NCBI RefSeq assembly: GCF_042660085.1
Contig: NZ_JBHSTI010000008.1
Coordinates: forward strand, 1,449,876-1,481,875
From: Longivirga aurantiaca
GTDB taxonomy: Bacteria; Actinomycetota; Actinomycetes; S36-B12; CAIYMF01
DNA length: 32,000 nt
Direction of reading: 5' to 3'
The position numbers and the translations under genes were made by a program. Below the pieces are notes generated by a model. It worked only from the letters and a program-made list of their open reading frames with translations. It did not search any database and was not told where the DNA came from. Shown here piece by piece: positions 6,832 to 16,308 of this stretch (position 1 is its first letter; each line of letters begins with the position of its first letter).

Positions 6832-7629
6832 GTGACGACTGGCGAGTACCTTTTCTTCGGCACCTTCGCGTTCCTGTTCGGTGCCGCGATCGGGTCGTTC
6901 CTCAACGTGGTCATCTACCGGGTGCCGGCAGGGCTCTCCGTCGTCCACCCGCCGTCGCGTTGTCCGACGTGCGAGCAGGAGATCTCGCCCCGTGACAACA
7001 TCCCGATCGTCAGCTGGCTCGTCCTTCGCGGTCGCTGCCGGGGGTGCGGCACGTCGATCTCACCGCGCTACCTCGTGGTCGAGGCCCTCACCGGCGTCCT
7101 GTTCGTCCTCATGCTGCTGCACTTCGGGCTCTCGTGGGCTCTCCCGGCGTACCTCTACCTCGTGGCCGTGGGCGTAGCCCTGGCCTTCATCGACTACGAC
7201 ACCAAGCGGCTGCCCGACGTGCTGACGCTCCCGTCGTACGCCGTGGCGCTGGTGCTGCTGCTGCTGCCGGCCATCCTCGACGGCGACTGGACGTCCTACC
7301 TCCGTGCGGTCCTCGGCGGCTTGGCCCTGCTGGCCTTCTACTTCGTGGTCTGGTTCATCCGTCCCGATGCAATGGGCTTCGGCGACGTGAAGTTCGCGGG
7401 CGTTCTCGGCATCTACCTCGGCTGGCTGTCGTGGGGCCATGTGGCCCTCGGAGGCTTCCTGGGCTTCCTGCTCGGCGCCGTGGGCGGCGTCGCCCTCATG
7501 GCGTTCACCAGCGCCGGGCGCAAGACCAAGGTCCCGTTCGGGCCCTTCATGATCGCCGGCGCCGGTCTGACGATCCTGCTGGGTCAGCCGGTCATCGACT
7601 GGTACGCGTCGCTCGCGTTCGGCTCCTGA
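6832..7629 (+). CDS. pilD: Prepilin peptidase / N-methyltransferase PilD (peptidase A24 family)
   Basis: Zn-finger-like CPTCEQEI...CRGCG in the N-terminal domain. The two catalytic Asp contexts are FIDYDTKRLPD and GFGDVKF. It is a polytopic membrane protein. Confidence 0.92.
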   Translation: MTTGEYLFFGTFAFLFGAAIGSFLNVVIYRVPAGLSVVHPPSRCPTCEQEISPRDNIPIVSWLVLRGRCRGCGTSISPRYLVVEALTGVLFVLMLLHFGLSWALPAYLYLVAVGVALAFIDYDTKRLPDVLTLPSYAVALVLLLLPAILDGDWTSYLRAVLGGLALLAFYFVVWFIRPDAMGFGDVKFAGVLGIYLGWLSWGHVALGGFLGFLLGAVGGVALMAFTSAGRKTKVPFGPFMIAGAGLTILLGQPVIDWYASLAFGS

Positions 7630-7764
7630 GGATTCCGGGCCGTTTCGCACCGCCGATCGCCCCGAACGGACCAACTAGACCTCACAGAACCCTCAAGCCC
7701 GGAGCCTCCAGCGCCGAAGTGCGTAAGGAGAGCCACCTGAGCAGAAGCTGGTGGCAGGCGAAGG

Positions 7765-8820
7765 GTGACTACCGTGGCTGGTCGGACCGCCATCGGCCTG
7801 GACATCGGCACATCGAGTGTCCGGGCGGCCCAGGTTTCCCTCTCCAAGGGGGGACCGGTTCTGGAGCGTTTCGGGCAGGTCGCACTGCCCGCCGGAGTTG
7901 TGCGCGACGGCGAGGTCGTCGACCCTGACGCCGTCGGCGACGCCATCAAGACCCTGTGGGCCCAGGCGAAGTTCTCGCAGAAGGACGTCGTGCTCGGGGT
8001 GTCGAACCAGAAGGTCGTGGTCCGGCTGGTCGACCTCCCGTGGCTCCCGGCCGACGAGCTGAGGGCGAGCCTCAAGTTCCAGGTCGCGGACCTCGTCCCC
8101 ATGCCCGTCGACGAGGCGGTGCTCGACTTCGTCCCGCTCGAGGAGATCACCACCGACAACAGCCGCATGGTGCGAGGCCTTCTCGTGGCCGCGGCACAGG
8201 ACGCGGTCCTCGACTCCATCCGGGCGGCGCAGCGCGCCGGCCTTCGGGTGACGACGGTAGACCTCACGCCGTTCGCGGTGCTGCGGGTCGCCGGCGCAGG
8301 AGACGCCCTGGGGCTCAACGGCCCCGAGGCCGTCGTCGACATCGGCGCCAAGGTGACCAACATCGTCGTCCACGAGGCGGGGGTGCCGAAGTTCGTGCGC
8401 ATCCTGCTCCTCGGTGGCGACGACGTGACCTCGGCCGTGGTCGAGCGGCTCGGCATCCCGACCGCTGAGGCGGAGCGGCTCAAGCGCGACCGGCTCTCGC
8501 TGGCCGACCCGGCCTCCGCCGATGCCCGTCGCATCATCGACGCCGCCCTGGCGGAGTTCGTGGACGAGGTGCGCGGCTCGGTCGACTACTTCGTGGCGAT
8601 GAGCGGTGGGCGCCCGCTCTCGCGGGTCGTGCTCTCGGGCGGCGGATCGCTCGCCGACGGGCTCGCCCAGCGCCTGGCCACGGCGGTGCGCACGCCCGTC
8701 GAATACGGCCGGCCCTTCAGCCATGTCTCGCTGGGCAAGACCGGACTGACGCCAGAGCAGCTGCAGTTCGTCGAGCCCCTCTCGGCCGTACCGGTCGGCC
8801 TCGCGATGGGAGCGGTGTGA
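7765..8820 (+). CDS. pilM: Type IV pilus assembly protein PilM (actin-like ATPase fold)
   Basis: The N-terminal phosphate-1 motif is IGLDIGTSSVRAAQV. Later VVDIGAKVTNIVV and a C-terminal VVLSGGGS follow the FtsA/PilM pattern. An alternative GTG at 7774 has a better-spaced gaaggg RBS. Confidence 0.85.
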   Translation: MTTVAGRTAIGLDIGTSSVRAAQVSLSKGGPVLERFGQVALPAGVVRDGEVVDPDAVGDAIKTLWAQAKFSQKDVVLGVSNQKVVVRLVDLPWLPADELRASLKFQVADLVPMPVDEAVLDFVPLEEITTDNSRMVRGLLVAAAQDAVLDSIRAAQRAGLRVTTVDLTPFAVLRVAGAGDALGLNGPEAVVDIGAKVTNIVVHEAGVPKFVRILLLGGDDVTSAVVERLGIPTAEAERLKRDRLSLADPASADARRIIDAALAEFVDEVRGSVDYFVAMSGGRPLSRVVLSGGGSLADGLAQRLATAVRTPVEYGRPFSHVSLGKTGLTPEQLQFVEPLSAVPVGLAMGAV

Positions 8821-9569
8821 TGGTGTCGTTGCGCAGGTCCAGCACGGACGTCCTCGAGGCGCCCGACGAGCAGCACGGCGGGATCCCGATCCCCGACCGC
8901 TCCGCGGCGTACCCGCGGGTCAACCTCATGCCCGCGGTCATCGCGGCCGAGGCCAAGGAGCGGCACGCCAGGACCATCATGATCGGCGCCGTCGCCGCCT
9001 CCGTCGTCGCGGTGGGAGGGCTGTACCTCCTCGCGACGAACGAGGTGAACGCGGCGCAGGAGCGGCTCGACACCGCGGCAGCCCAGGGAGTCGTGCTCCA
9101 GAAGGAGCTCGCTCGCTACTCCGACGTCCCCAAGGTGCAGAACGAGGTCGCCATCGCGCAGACCCAGGCGTACAACGCCATGGGCGGCGAGGTGCGCTGG
9201 TCGTTCCTGCTCAACAACCTCTCGCTGACCATCCCCCGGAACACCTCTCTCATCAGCCTGTCCGGGAGCGTCAACGGGGTCGCACCGGTGCCGGGAGCAG
9301 CCTCCGCGGCGACCGCCGACGACGCCGCCGTGATCAGCGCCCTCGGGCGTCCTGGGATCGGCCAGATCTCCTACGAGGGCGAGGCAGTCCGGTTCGGCGA
9401 CTTCGCCGCCTTCCTCGACGTCCTGGCCAAGCAGAAGACGATGCTCGATCCGTTCCCGGGCGAGGTCAAGCGTGCCGAGAGTGACGCCGAGGGCCTGACG
9501 TTCAGCGCCACCGTGACGGTCACCGACAAGGCGCTCTCGCGCCGCTACGACCCGAAGGCGGGTAACTGA
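8817..9569 (+). CDS. pilN: PilN-like bitopic pilus alignment protein
   Basis: A short cytoplasmic N-terminus with RVNLMP is followed by one TM helix (TIMIGAVAASVVAVGGLYLLA) and a coiled region. The start overlaps the pilM stop (gtgtgatg). Its position between pilM and pilO fits. Confidence 0.7.
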   Translation: MMVSLRRSSTDVLEAPDEQHGGIPIPDRSAAYPRVNLMPAVIAAEAKERHARTIMIGAVAASVVAVGGLYLLATNEVNAAQERLDTAAAQGVVLQKELARYSDVPKVQNEVAIAQTQAYNAMGGEVRWSFLLNNLSLTIPRNTSLISLSGSVNGVAPVPGAASAATADDAAVISALGRPGIGQISYEGEAVRFGDFAAFLDVLAKQKTMLDPFPGEVKRAESDAEGLTFSATVTVTDKALSRRYDPKAGN

Positions 9570-9570
9570 C

Positions 9571-10227
9571 ATGAGTCTCCCCGGTGCAAGCAAGTGGTAC
9601 GTGGGTGCCGCGCTCGCCTCGGTCCTCGTCCTCATCGCCGGCTGGTTCCTGCTCGTGTCCCCGCAGCGCTCCAGCGCCGCGGAGATCGGCACGGCCGCCG
9701 ACGACAGGGCGGCCGCCAACGTCGTGACCGAGCGGCAGATCGAGTCGTTGAAGGCGCAGTACAAGAACCTTCCCGAGCTCGAGCAGCAGCTCGCGAGCAT
9801 CCGCTCGCGCATCCCGAGCAGCCCGAACATGCCGTCGGTGGTGCGCAGCGTCAGCACGAAGGCAGCGACCGCGGGCGTCACGCTCGTGTCGCTGGTGCCG
9901 TCGACGCCCCAGCCGCTGGACGCCGGTGGCTCGGGCGACCAGGCCGACCTGGCAGCACCCGGCCAGGTCAACCAGTACCCGGTCTCCGTGATCGTCGAGG
10001 GACGGTTCGCGAACGTGCGGCTCTTCCTGCTCAGCCTCGAGAGCCTGCAGCGCTCGTTCCTCGTGACGGGGATCGACATCAGCAGGGTCGAGGACGCGAC
10101 GAAGCCCTCCGGCACGCTGAACGTGACCCTGACCGGTCGCGTGTTCACCGCCAACCCCGGCGCACCTGTGACGGCCAAGGCCCCCGCGCCCGCAGCCGGC
10201 GAGACCGCTTCCGACACGGCAAGCTGA
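9571..10227 (+). CDS. pilO: PilO-like bitopic pilus alignment protein
   Basis: An N-terminal TM helix (WYVGAALASVLVLIAGWFLLVS) is followed by a coiled-coil-like segment (ERQIESLKAQYKNLPELEQQLASIRSRIP) and a C-terminal domain. The ATG lies 2 nt after the pilN stop. Confidence 0.65.
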   Translation: MSLPGASKWYVGAALASVLVLIAGWFLLVSPQRSSAAEIGTAADDRAAANVVTERQIESLKAQYKNLPELEQQLASIRSRIPSSPNMPSVVRSVSTKAATAGVTLVSLVPSTPQPLDAGGSGDQADLAAPGQVNQYPVSVIVEGRFANVRLFLLSLESLQRSFLVTGIDISRVEDATKPSGTLNVTLTGRVFTANPGAPVTAKAPAPAAGETASDTAS

Positions 10228-10237
10228 GGAGAGAGTC

Positions 10238-10873
10238 ATGAGTGAGCCGATCTTCGCGGCCGGGAACGGCGCCGCGGCGCCGGTGCAGGCGGACCCGCAG
10301 CCCGAGAAGGGCAACAACCGCAAGGCGCTGCTCGCGCTCGGCGCAGTGCTCGGGGCAGTGGTCGTCGGTGGTGGAGCCTTCTTCTTCCTCAACCAGTCGT
10401 CGTCCGGCGACGAGGTCGCCATGCCGCCGAAGAAGCCTGCTGCCACCGAGCCCGAGGTTGCGCCATCGCCGTCGGCCAAGCCGACCAAGGCGGTGACGGT
10501 CAAGACCGCCACGGTCACGAGCCACGACCCCTTCGCCGTGCTCTTCCCCGAGGAGCAGGCCCCGAGCGGGTCAGGCGACGGCACGACCCCGGACCCGGGC
10601 ACCTCGACGCCGGCGCCTGACGCCTCGGCGCCGGTGACGCCTCCGGACCAGTCGACCTCCACGACCTACAAGGTCGAGGTGACGATCATCAAGCAGGATG
10701 CCGGCGTCGCCCAGATCCAGGTCAACGGCAAGCCCTACTCGGCGAGCGTCGGCAAGGACTTCGGGCAGTACTTCACCCTGTACGCCATCTTCAACAGCGA
10801 CTGCGTGGGCGTGCTGTTCGGAGACCAGAACGTCCCCGTCTGCAAGGGCAGCGCCTCGACGGTCGCGACCTGA
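10238..10873 (+). CDS. Hypothetical membrane-anchored Pro/Ser/Thr-rich protein with a small C-terminal two-Cys domain; last gene of the pil block
   Basis: RBS gaggagag precedes ATG 10238. It has one TM helix ([22 protein letters not shown]), about 90 aa of low-complexity P/S/T/A linker, and a C-terminal [24 protein letters not shown]...[18 protein letters not shown] hairpin terminator follows. Confidence 0.6.
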   Translation: MSEPIFAAGNGAAAPVQADPQPEKGNNRKALLALGAVLGAVVVGGGAFFFLNQSSSGDEVAMPPKKPAATEPEVAPSPSAKPTKAVTVKTATVTSHDPFAVLFPEEQAPSGSGDGTTPDPGTSTPAPDASAPVTPPDQSTSTTYKVEVTIIKQDAGVAQIQVNGKPYSASVGKDFGQYFTLYAIFNSDCVGVLFGDQNVPVCKGSASTVAT

Positions 10874-10890
10874 GCGTTCGTTCGACGACA

Positions 10891-10933
10891 CGAAGGACGC
10901 GGCGGCGGGCATCGGCCCACCCCGCGTCCTTCG
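10891..10933 (+). terminator. 12-bp stem hairpin closing the pil block
   Basis: cgaaggacgcgg - 19 nt loop - ccgcgtccttcg, 18 nt after the stop at 10873. Confidence 0.5.
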
Positions 10934-10994
10934 TCGTCGCGGTGGTGCCGCGCCCTGCTCGGGTGCTGGACGTGCCGCATGGGATGATGACGGG

Positions 10995-12173
10995 ATGCTG
11001 CGTTGGTTGACCGCCGGAGAGTCCCACGGACCCGCGCTCGTCGCGATCCTCGAGGGCCTGCCCGCAGGGGTCGCCGTCACGACCGCGGACGTCGACCGGG
11101 ACCTCGCCCGCCGCCGTCTCGGCGTCGGCCGGGGCGCCCGCATGAAGTTCGAGCAGGATGCCGTGCGCATCCTGGGCGGAGTGCGGCACGGGTCGACCCT
11201 GGGCGGCCCGATCGCCATCGAGGTCGGCAACAGCGAGTGGCCCAAGTGGGAGACCGTCATGGCGGCCGACCCGGTCGACGCCGACGTGCTCGAGGCCCAG
11301 GCCCGCAACGCACCCCTGACCCGCCCGCGCCCGGGCCACGCCGACCTCGTCGGGATGCAGAAGTACGGCTTCGACGACGCCCGCCCGATCCTCGAGCGCG
11401 CCAGCGCCCGCGAGACCGCGGCCCGGGTGGCCCTCGGGGCCGTGGCCAAGGCGTTCCTCGAGCAGTCGGTGGGGGCACACGTCCTGTCGCACGTCGTGGA
11501 GCTGGGCACGGTGTCGGCACCAGCCGGTCTCGTCCCGAGTCCCGGTGACCTCGACGCGATCGACGCCGACGACGCCCGCTGCCTCGACGCCACGGCGTCC
11601 GCGCTCATGTCCGAGGAGGTCGAGCAGGCCCGCAAGGACGGCGACACCCTCGGGGGCGTGGTCGAGGTGGTCGTGCACGGCCTCCCGCCGGGCCTCGGCA
11701 GCCACGTGCACTGGGACCGCCGGCTCGACGCCCGCCTCGCTGCTGCGCTCATGGGAATCCAGGCCATCAAGGGCGTGGAGGTGGGCGACGGCTTCGAGCT
11801 CGCCCGCACCCGGGGCTCGAAGGCGCACGACGAGATCCTGCCCGGCCCCGACGGAGTGGTCCGCGCCAGCGGCCGCAGCGGCGGCACCGAGGGCGGCATG
11901 TCGACCGGCGAGGTCCTGCGCGTCCGCGCGGCCATGAAGCCGATCTCCACGGTGCCGAGGGCCCTGCGCACGATCGACGTCGCCACCGGCGAGCCGGCGC
12001 AGGCGATCAACCAGCGCAGCGACGTCTGCGCCGTCCCGGCCGCAGGCGTCGTGGCCGAGGCGATGGTGGCGCTGGTGCTCGCCGACGCCGTCCTCGAGAA
12101 GTTCGGCGGCGACTCGGTCGCCGAGACCGCACGGAACGCGGCTGCGTACCGTGCCGCCCTCGTGGTCTCGTAG
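10995..12173 (+). CDS. aroC: Chorismate synthase
   Basis: [25 protein letters not shown] is a canonical N-terminus. Also [14 protein letters not shown] and [15 protein letters not shown]. The ORF is trimmed from 10698 to the ATG at 10995. Confidence 0.95.
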   Translation: MLRWLTAGESHGPALVAILEGLPAGVAVTTADVDRDLARRRLGVGRGARMKFEQDAVRILGGVRHGSTLGGPIAIEVGNSEWPKWETVMAADPVDADVLEAQARNAPLTRPRPGHADLVGMQKYGFDDARPILERASARETAARVALGAVAKAFLEQSVGAHVLSHVVELGTVSAPAGLVPSPGDLDAIDADDARCLDATASALMSEEVEQARKDGDTLGGVVEVVVHGLPPGLGSHVHWDRRLDARLAAALMGIQAIKGVEVGDGFELARTRGSKAHDEILPGPDGVVRASGRSGGTEGGMSTGEVLRVRAAMKPISTVPRALRTIDVATGEPAQAINQRSDVCAVPAAGVVAEAMVALVLADAVLEKFGGDSVAETARNAAAYRAALVVS

Positions 12174-12177
12174 GCAC

Positions 12178-12693
12178 GTGTCCCCCCGCGTCGTGCTCGT
12201 CGGTGTGCCCGGATCGGGCAAGTCCACCGTGGGCGGAGTGCTGGCCGAGCTGCTCGGCGTCACCCTGCGCGACACCGACCGCGACATCGAGGTCGTGGCG
12301 GGCAAGTCGATCCCCGACATCTTCGTCGACGACGGCGAGCCCGCCTTCCGTGCGCTCGAGCGCACGGCGGTGGCGACCGCGATCGCCGAGCACGACGGCG
12401 TCCTGGCGCTCGGCGGCGGGGCTGTGATCGACGAGGGAACGCGAGCGCTGCTGCGCGACCAGCCGACCGTCTGGCTGCAGGTGAGCGCCGCCGGTGGGGC
12501 CAAGCGCGTCGGGCTCGACGTGCCGCGGCCCGTGCTGCTCGGCAACGTCCGCGGACGGCTCGCGACGCTGGTGGCCGAGCGGAGCCCGCTGTACGCCGAG
12601 GTCGCGACGATCACGGTCGAGACCGACGGCCGCAGCCCTGCCGAGGTCGCGGAGGTCATCGTGCAGACGCTCGGCCTCAGGGAGGCGTCATGA
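12178..12693 (+). CDS. aroK: Shikimate kinase
   Basis: Walker A motif VLVGVPGSGKSTVG, then LRDTDRDIE and GEPAFRALE. The GTG at 12178 lies just after the aroC stop; the ORF is open from 12151. Confidence 0.9.
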   Translation: MSPRVVLVGVPGSGKSTVGGVLAELLGVTLRDTDRDIEVVAGKSIPDIFVDDGEPAFRALERTAVATAIAEHDGVLALGGGAVIDEGTRALLRDQPTVWLQVSAAGGAKRVGLDVPRPVLLGNVRGRLATLVAERSPLYAEVATITVETDGRSPAEVAEVIVQTLGLREAS

Positions 12694-13787
12694 CCGGCCC
12701 CACGCGCATCAGTGTGCGCGGGGAGTCGCCGTACGACGTGGTGGTGGGGCGCTCGCTGCTCGACTCGCTGCCCTCCGCGGTCCGCGGCGCGCACCGGGCA
12801 GCCGTCGTCCACCCGGCGTCGCGGCCGGAGGACGGCGCCCGCGTCGCTGAGGCGCTGCGCGACTCGGGGCACCAGGTCCTGCTGATCCCCGTGCCGGACG
12901 GCGAGGATGCCAAGACCGCGGACGTGCTCGCGTCGTGCTGGTCGGCCCTCGGACGCGCCGGCTTCACGCGGTCGGACGTCGTGGTCGGGGTCGGTGGGGG
13001 AGCCACGACCGACCTCGCGGGCTTCCTCGCGGCGAGCTGGCTGCGCGGGGTCCGCCTCGTGCAGATGCCCACGACGCTGCTCGGCATGGTCGACGCCGCG
13101 GTCGGGGGCAAGACCGGGATCAACACGCCCGAGGGCAAGAACCTCGTCGGCGCCTTCCACCACCCTGCCGCGGTGCTCGCCGACCTCGACGCGCTGGGCA
13201 CGCTGCCCGCCCCTGACCTCGTGGCGGGGCTGGCCGAGGTCGTGAAGGTGGGGTTCACCTCCGACGACGTGATCCTCGACCTGGTCGAGGGCGACGTCGC
13301 CGGGGCCACGGACCCGACCAGCCCGGTGCTCCGCGAGCTCGTCGAGCGCGCCATCCAGGTCAAGGCCGACGTCGTGAGCGACGACTTCCGCGAGGCGCGC
13401 GAGGGCGGCCTCGGCCGCGAGGTGCTCAACTACGGCCACACGTTCGCGCACGCGATTGAGCAGGTCGAGGACTACCGCTGGCGCCACGGCGACGCGGTGG
13501 CGGTGGGCCTGCACTACGTGTCGGCGCTCGCCCGGCTCGCCGGGCGGCTGCCGCAGGCAGACGCGGCGCGTCACCTGTCGGTGCTGCAGCTGCTGGGGCT
13601 GCCCACGTCGTACCCGCCCGGCCGGTTCGAGGAGCTCCTCGCGGCGATGCGGATCGACAAGAAGTCGCGCGGCGACCTGCTGCGCTTCGTGGTCCTCGAC
13701 GGCATCGGCCGTCCCGGGCTGCTCGAGGGGCCGGACCAGGCCCTGCTCGAGGCCGCGTACGCCGAGGTGTCGGAGGTGGTGTCATGA
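12690..13787 (+). CDS. aroB: 3-dehydroquinate synthase
   Basis: [58 protein letters not shown]. There is an ATGA overlap with aroK. Confidence 0.95.
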   Translation: MTGPTRISVRGESPYDVVVGRSLLDSLPSAVRGAHRAAVVHPASRPEDGARVAEALRDSGHQVLLIPVPDGEDAKTADVLASCWSALGRAGFTRSDVVVGVGGGATTDLAGFLAASWLRGVRLVQMPTTLLGMVDAAVGGKTGINTPEGKNLVGAFHHPAAVLADLDALGTLPAPDLVAGLAEVVKVGFTSDDVILDLVEGDVAGATDPTSPVLRELVERAIQVKADVVSDDFREAREGGLGREVLNYGHTFAHAIEQVEDYRWRHGDAVAVGLHYVSALARLAGRLPQADAARHLSVLQLLGLPTSYPPGRFEELLAAMRIDKKSRGDLLRFVVLDGIGRPGLLEGPDQALLEAAYAEVSEVVS

Positions 13788-14212
13788 CCCGCGTGCTGGT
13801 GCTGAACGGGCCCAACCTGAGCAGGCTGGGCACCCGTGAGCCGGACGTCTACGGCGCGACGACGTACGACGAGCTCGTCGGGATCTGCACCGCCGAGGGC
13901 GCCGCCCTCGGGCTCGAGGTCGAGGTGCGCCAGACCGACGACGAGGCCGAGCTCGTGCACTGGCTGCACGAGGCCGCCGACACGTCCACGCCCGTGGTGC
14001 TGAATCCCGCGGCGTTCACCCACTACTCGTACGCCGTGCGCGACGCGATCGCGCTGCGCACCGCCCCCTTGGTCGAGGTGCACCTCTCGAACCCTGCTGC
14101 GCGCGAGGAGTTCCGCCACACGTCGGTGGTGGCGGCGGTGGCCACCGGGACGATCGCCGGCTTCGGCGTCGACAGCTACCGCCTCGCGCTGCGCGCGCTC
14201 GCCGCGTCATGA
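13784..14212 (+). CDS. aroQ: Type II 3-dehydroquinate dehydratase
   Basis: [21 protein letters not shown] and [16 protein letters not shown]. There is an ATGA overlap with aroB. Confidence 0.93.
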   Translation: MTRVLVLNGPNLSRLGTREPDVYGATTYDELVGICTAEGAALGLEVEVRQTDDEAELVHWLHEAADTSTPVVLNPAAFTHYSYAVRDAIALRTAPLVEVHLSNPAAREEFRHTSVVAAVATGTIAGFGVDSYRLALRALAAS

Positions 14213-15285
14213 CGCGGGACCGCCGCGACCGGGTCCGGGCCCTGCTGCCGGCTCAGGGCGTCGATGCACTGCTCGTGACGTACCTGACCAACGTGCGCTA
14301 CCTCTCGGGGTTCAGCGGCTCCAACGGCGCGGTGCTCGTCGGCCGGGATCCCAAGGATGACAGGCTGATCACCGACTTCCGCTACGTCACCCAGGCTGCC
14401 GCCGAGTGCCCGGGCCTGGATGTCCTGGTCGAGCGCGCCGTGGACGCCGGGGGAGCGGCGCACGCGGTGGCCGTAGGCGCGTCCCGGCTCGGGTTCGAGG
14501 CGGCCCGGATGACCGTGGCGGCGCACGAGTCGCTGCGCGCGGCCCACCGCGACCTCGACCTGGTGCCGACCGAGGGTGTCGTGGAGGGGCTGCGCACGAC
14601 GAAGGACGACGACGAGCTCGCGCACCTCGCCGAGGCGTGCCGCATCTCGGACGCCGCGCTCGCGGCGACCCTGCCGCTCGTGCGCGTCGGGATGACCGAG
14701 CGCCAGGTGGCCCGGCTGCTCGACGGCCTGATGCTCGACCACGGCGCCGAGGCCGTCTCGTTCGACACCATCGTGGCCTCGGGCCCGAACTCGGCCATCC
14801 CGCACCACAGCCCCACCGACCGGGCGATCGAGCGGGGGGACCTCCTCAAGATCGACTTCGGCGCCCTCTCCGCGGGCTACCACGCCGACGAGACGCGCAC
14901 GTTCGTCGTCGGCGCCGACCCGGAGCCCTGGCAGAGCGAGCTCCATGCGCTCGTGGCGCGGGCCCAGCAGGCGGGCGTCGACGCCCTCGCAGTGGGCGCG
15001 GAGCTGCGTGATGTCGACCACGCGGCACGCTCGGTGATCGCCGCAGCTGGGCACGCGGAGCACTTCGGGCACGGCCTCGGGCACGGGGTCGGGCTCGACA
15101 TCCATGAAGCGCCGATGATCGGCTACTCCACGGCGGGTATCCTGGGCGACCGCACGCCGGTGACCGTCGAGCCTGGGGTCTATCTCCCCGGGCGCGGCGG
15201 GGTACGCATCGAGGACACCCTCGTCGTCCATGCCGGCGGGCCCGTGTCGCTCACCACGACGACGCGTGAGCTGCTCGTCCTCTAG
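14209..15285 (+). CDS. pepQ: Xaa-Pro aminopeptidase/dipeptidase (M24B family)
   Basis: Metal-ligand contexts [32 protein letters not shown] and VTVEPGVY...GGVRIEDT. There is an ATGA overlap with aroQ. Confidence 0.85.
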   Translation: MTRDRRDRVRALLPAQGVDALLVTYLTNVRYLSGFSGSNGAVLVGRDPKDDRLITDFRYVTQAAAECPGLDVLVERAVDAGGAAHAVAVGASRLGFEAARMTVAAHESLRAAHRDLDLVPTEGVVEGLRTTKDDDELAHLAEACRISDAALAATLPLVRVGMTERQVARLLDGLMLDHGAEAVSFDTIVASGPNSAIPHHSPTDRAIERGDLLKIDFGALSAGYHADETRTFVVGADPEPWQSELHALVARAQQAGVDALAVGAELRDVDHAARSVIAAAGHAEHFGHGLGHGVGLDIHEAPMIGYSTAGILGDRTPVTVEPGVYLPGRGGVRIEDTLVVHAGGPVSLTTTTRELLVL

Positions 15286-15306
15286 ACCTTCCCAGGAGAC
15301 CTCCCC

Positions 15307-15867
15307 GTGGCCACCACGAACGACCTCAAGAACGGCCTGGTCCTCAACATCGACGGCCAGCTCTGGTCCGTCGTCGAGTTCCAGCACGTCAAGCCCGGCA
15401 AGGGCCCGGCCTTCGTGCGCACCAAGCTCAAGGCGGTCCTGTCCGGCAAGGTCGTCGACAAGACGTTCAACGCCGGCGTGAAGGTCGAGACCGCCAACGT
15501 CGACCGCCGCGACTTCCAGTACCTCTACCGCGACGGCGACGACTGGGTGTTCATGGACACCTCGTCGTACGACCAGGTCCACGTGCCGGACGCCGTGGTC
15601 GGCGACAACGCCAAGTGGATGCTCGAGGGCCAGGCGGCGATCCTCGCGACGCACGACGGCGTCCCGCTGTACATCGAGCTGCCCGCCTCGGTCGAGCTCA
15701 TGATCACGTACACCGAGCCGGGCCTGCAGGGCGACCGATCGACCGGCGGCACCAAGCCCGCCACCCTCGAGACCGGTGCCGAGATCGCCGTGCCGCTGTT
15801 CATCGAGAACAACACCAAGGTCAAGGTCGACACCCGCGACGGGTCGTACCTCGGCCGCGTCAACTAG
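15307..15867 (+). CDS. efp: Elongation factor P
   Basis: [42 protein letters not shown] is a canonical EF-P N-terminus that includes the KPGKG loop. Confidence 0.97.
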   Translation: MATTNDLKNGLVLNIDGQLWSVVEFQHVKPGKGPAFVRTKLKAVLSGKVVDKTFNAGVKVETANVDRRDFQYLYRDGDDWVFMDTSSYDQVHVPDAVVGDNAKWMLEGQAAILATHDGVPLYIELPASVELMITYTEPGLQGDRSTGGTKPATLETGAEIAVPLFIENNTKVKVDTRDGSYLGRVN

Positions 15868-15869
15868 AG

Positions 15870-16280
15870 GTGTCGGCACGGAGCAAGGCCCGCAAGAAGG
15901 CGCTCGACGTCCTGTACGAGGCGGAGGCCCGGGGCGTGTCCGCGGCCGACGTCCTCGACGCGACCACGGAGTCGGCGCCGCAGCCGCTCAACCCCTACAC
16001 GGCCGAGCTCGTGTGGGGCGTGGTCGAGCACGCGGACCGCATCGACGACCTGCTGGCGACGTACAGCCTGGGCTGGACGCTCGACCGCATGCCGGCCGTC
16101 GACCGTAACCTGCTGCGCATCGGCACGTACGAGATCCTCTGGGGCGACGACGTCCCCGACGCCGTCGCGATCAACGAGGCCGTCGAGCTCGCCCGCTCGC
16201 TGTCGACCGACGAGTCGCCGACGTTCGTCAACGGGCTGCTCGCGCGCATCCTCTCGGTCAAGCCCAGCCTGGCCCTGTAG
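15870..16280 (+). CDS. nusB: Transcription antitermination factor NusB
   Basis: ARSKARKKALDVLYEAEARG...DRMPAVDRNLLRIGTYEIL...INEAVELAR...FVNGLL. The GTG at 15870 lies 3 nt after the efp stop. Confidence 0.9.
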   Translation: MSARSKARKKALDVLYEAEARGVSAADVLDATTESAPQPLNPYTAELVWGVVEHADRIDDLLATYSLGWTLDRMPAVDRNLLRIGTYEILWGDDVPDAVAINEAVELARSLSTDESPTFVNGLLARILSVKPSLAL

Positions 16281-16308
16281 CTGCCCCGCGCGCGCTACGG
16301 TCGCGGGC

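Noticed and set aside
10791-13574. Very long antisense ORFs. Examples are the 927 aa ORF at 10791-13574 (-), plus 1301-2335 (-), 5223-6749 (-), 8586-10217 (-), 14176-15879 (-), 16258-17847 (-), 22687-24132 (+), 23979-25364 (-), 27300-29123 (-) and 28837-30252 (-).
   Set aside because: Each lies opposite or out of frame to a gene with clear family motifs. Their translations are Arg/Gly/Ala/Pro/Asp-rich low-complexity sequence with no recognisable motifs. Stop-poor alternative frames are expected at this GC content.
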